Part shown: positions 60,497-64,000 of the stretch, in pieces | How positions within the stretch are numbered: the stretch's first letter is position 1 | Layout: each line of letters opens with the position of its first letter | From: Pocillopora damicornis | Taxonomy: Eukaryota | NCBI RefSeq assembly: GCF_003704095.1 | Contig: NW_020846109.1 | Span: 186,001 to 250,000, forward strand | Length of the DNA stretch: 64,000 nucleotides | Direction of reading: 5' to 3' | Made by a program: the position numbers and the translations under genes | The notes under the pieces: model-generated | Database searches by the model: none | Told to the model about the DNA's origin: nothing | The model's input: the letters and a program-made list of their open reading frames with translations, nothing else

Positions 60497-63079
60497 TTAA
60501 TTAGCACTGATCCTTTGTGAGTCCAAGTCGTGGCTACAAAATTGTTCCGTTTCAGTTGATCCTTCCAAAGCTGTTGTTGAACTTGTGCCTCCGCTGACCG
60601 CCATACTTACCTGGTCAAAATATCCTGTCCCTACCTCCCTCTGATGTTTATGTGCTGTAAAGCCGAATTGCGCTTGCGCAAACTCGTCTTCTTGAATCTT
60701 GGTGTAGGCAGACATACCGTGATCTTTGTAGTCACGTGCTAACTTGAACATAGCATGATTAAGCGAGTGAAAACCAGCTAAGGTAATAAACTGATATCTG
60801 TAGCCCATTTTACCAAGTTCTTTCTGAAACTCAGCAATCTCTTTATCGCTGAGGTTGGCTCTCCAGTTGAAGGAAGGCGAGCAGTTGTATGCGAGCGGCT
60901 TTCCTGGAAACATGGAGTGGATTCCATTCGCAAACATATGCGCTTCGTCCAAGTTAGGTTTACCTGTCTCACACCAGATTATATCACAATATGGAGCGTA
61001 GCTTAATCCACGAGCAATGGCTTGCTGCAGCCCAGCGGTTGATCGATAAAATCCTTCGGCTGTTCTTTCGCCAGTCAAGAATGGCTGGTCACGTGGATCG
61101 ATATCTGACGTCACAAGCGCCGCTGACTCAGCATCTGTTCGTCCAATGATAACGGTAGGAACACCCATGACGTCAGTAGCAAGGCGAGCAGCGTTTAGTA
61201 CTTTGATAAACTGTTGAGTTGGCAGAAGAACCTTTCCTCCCATGTGACCACATTTCTTCTCTGATGCCAACTGATCTTCAAAATGGACGCCTGCAGCACC
61301 AGCTAGGATCTGTTTGAGTTGATAGAAAAAAAAGATGCAATCCCAGCTCACTTAAGTCACTATCAATATTTGAATGAGGGAGATTTTGGTAATTCTCCGT
61401 CTTTCGCAATCGGTCTTTTTTTATGAAGGAAATAGTTGCGATTAAATCACCATTCTTCGCTTGCTCTATGGTACGGATACGCGGTTTGATTTTGAAGGGT
61501 GAGAATTTGTGTTTGCTCGAATCAAAGGCTCCGATCTCACTCTTGGTTTGAACTCTTCCACTTTTCTGTCTTTTTCTACCAGATGTTCGATGTACTCTCT
61601 TTCCAGTTCAGAAATAACTAAACCACAGAAGGGAATTATAAACTAAACTGACCCACTATATTCAGCATTCAAGCATTATTGTTGAGTCGTTTGTGTTCTG
61701 TTCAATAGAAATTGGGAAAAAAAAGAAAGCTGAATGGAACTTTGATGAGACACTTACCATAGATTTCGTGATTTCGAAGGCGTTCAACGGGCCACCAAAT
61801 CCAGCCTCACAATCAGCCACAATTGGCAAAAAGAAATCGATATGTTGATCATTCCCTTCCATGTGCGCAATCTGATCTGCTCTGATGAAGGCGTTATTGA
61901 TTCGTTCAACAAGCTTTGCCGCTGAGTTTGCGGGATACAAACTCTGATCAGGGTAGGTTTGACTTGCCATGTTACTGTCTGCCGCTACTTGCCAGCCACT
62001 CAGATAAATAGAACGTAAACCGGCCTTAGCCATTTGAACTGCTTGACCACCTAAAGAAGGTCATTAAACACGGTTAGATTCCGTCATTCAATGTTCAGTT
62101 GGAAAACGTAGGCAATTAGAGATTAGGATCTCGGACCCATAGATTTCGTGATTTCGTGATTTCGTGATTTCGTGATTTCGAAGGCGTTCAACGGGATCTC
62201 GGACCCGGCAAAATATGTCCGCTAAGAAAGGTTCTTTATTTATAACGACTCAGTGTGCCTATACATTATCATCATGGAGCTGAATTTGGATGATCGATTA
62301 TTCTGTTGAATTCATGATCGCCTTATCAGGGCCAAGATGTACAGCACGATTAGCATAACTGTATGACCAGAGGAAAATTTGTCTAATCCGATTTTAATCC
62401 GTCATGATTGTATCATTTACATGGTTGAGTGCATGTTCATTCTTTTCTTAAGGCGAAAAAAAGTTGCTTGTTTCTTTAACTCTGATGAAGAAGTATTCGT
62501 GCGCCAATGAGCCTTAGAAAGAGAGTTTTTTCTCTTGTACGAGTCAAAAGGAAAAATGGCATGAGTAGCTAAGAAACTTACAAGGAAATATTTGAGATAC
62601 CCCTGAAAGTGATAAAAAACCATTCTGGCATTAACATCAATTGGTATCTGACTGCTCCGAGAATATACGTTGAAAATAAATATCACGCAAAGTTCATTTA
62701 ACAACTTTTAAAAGATCTGCTATTATGATGCGAACATCAGCAAGTTGTTCTAATGAGAGAAAGCCAAAGTTAAAATGCTCTAAAACATTCCTAGTGCATT
62801 TTTATTTTGTAAAAAACCTTAAGGAGTTCTTTTCAAAGATAAGTTTCTGTGACTACCTGTCATGGCGCCAAGAGCGTTCACATACGAGTTTTCTCCACAG
62901 TTTATCAGTTTCCAAAGCCGCTGTGCGCCTCGTGTGGCTAAGGTGTACTCTATCTTTAAAGATCCTCGGAGTTTCTCCACCGCTTCTGGTCCATAATCCC
63001 GTCGAATAGCAGTAAATCCGTATTTTCGTGTGCAAATTTTTAACAGTGTGTTCATCTTGAGACCTTTACTAAGAGCCAT
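60497..63079 (-). CDS. ICL: Isocitrate lyase, short type (about 442 aa, 3 coding exons)
   Basis: Exons 63079-62857, 62050-61758, 61309-60497 in phase. [79 protein letters not shown]. Confidence 0.95.
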
Positions 63080-64000
63080 TCTGGTTGAAAGTGAGAAGAT
63101 TGTCTAGGGCCTGGAAAAAGCTACTAAAATTGAACTTGGTAATACTAACCCAGCAGAAGATTTTTTCCTCTCTTTATACTCATCAACAGACCTCCCTGAT
63201 CAATCGAACGTGAAAAAACTTCGCTTATTTGGAAGTACGTGTGCGTCATCATTTGACGTCACGTTGTCAATAAAGCATTTGAATGTACAGAACTGTAATT
63301 AGTTTTAAAAATCATCGAGTGCACTTTCGACCCGTCTAGTTACCTTATCAGAAAGGGGCATGATCACCCTTAAAACTTAGCGATGTTAGCTTCGTATGAT
63401 TTCCTTCGCCTTCACATTTTAGGGGTAAGCAGTCAAATTGAAGTGTGGTGTAGAACAGTACGTGTTAGGTGATGGAACCGTGACCATGACCCATTGTTCA
63501 GCCTATTGTTTAGCATGACTAACGGGAATTAACAATTTCCCATATTGACATCCTGTATTATTAGCCCATGACTGAGCAGTATCATAGAAACCACAAGACG
63601 CCACTAAAGAAAACACTCTTTGTCAAAATCGTTCAGTACAGCCCGGCATTTTGGTTTGATGGACTTGAATAAAGGAAAATGGGCAAAAAACCTAGTCAAT
63701 ACATGGACTCATATTCCTTCATGAAAGGGATTTCCAGAGATATTTCGCTGACATGTTTAAGTAATTCATAACCGCGTAATCTTGGGTTAGGGGAGAGGTG
63801 AGAAACGAATTTTGGTATTATTCTACAGATGGACCCTTTTCGGCCCGATTGACTATAACCGTGTAACTGAGCAGGTGCAAATCAGGTTTAGGTTCAGAGG
63901 AACGCATCAGAACCTAAACTTGCGGGTAGCTATTAGCCCGACGTATCGTAAAGTTCTTTAGAACTAAGGAAAACCTGAACACTGGGTGTTCTAAGTACTC

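Noticed and set aside
62139-62193. CRISPR-like or regulatory repeat array
   Set aside because: Contiguous 8-mers with no spacers, derived from the adjacent exon; eukaryotic context.

Overview
This is AT-rich animal genomic DNA with spliceosomal introns, most likely a scleractinian coral or other cnidarian (inferred from gene content and repeat families). It has five 100-N scaffold gaps between 31.4 and 39.9 kb. Host-type genes: an acidic hypothetical protein, PCMT/PIMT with a signal-peptide-like extension head-to-head with a rhodanese, a divergent PDX2/PDX1 vitamin B6 synthase pair, two tail-to-tail caspases, a GAS2-like gene, an isocitrate lyase with a deleted tandem pseudogene, and three tRNAs. 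The most striking feature is missed by the ORF track. At 1-3224 a gene of at least 10 exons splices into a tyrosine recombinase (R..K..HxxR..W..Y) fused to three C2H2 zinc fingers. By my motif reading it resembles the DUF3435 'captain' recombinases of fungal Starship giant transposons more than animal DUF3504 Cryptons. A second, diverged, inverted copy lies at 31528-32776, and differences in the zinc-finger exon I compared are mostly synonymous. Both copies carry lesions. Also present: hairpin repeats that may be recombinase-mobilised, Penelope remnants with a hammerhead ribozyme, and templated-insertion scars in the ICL locus.
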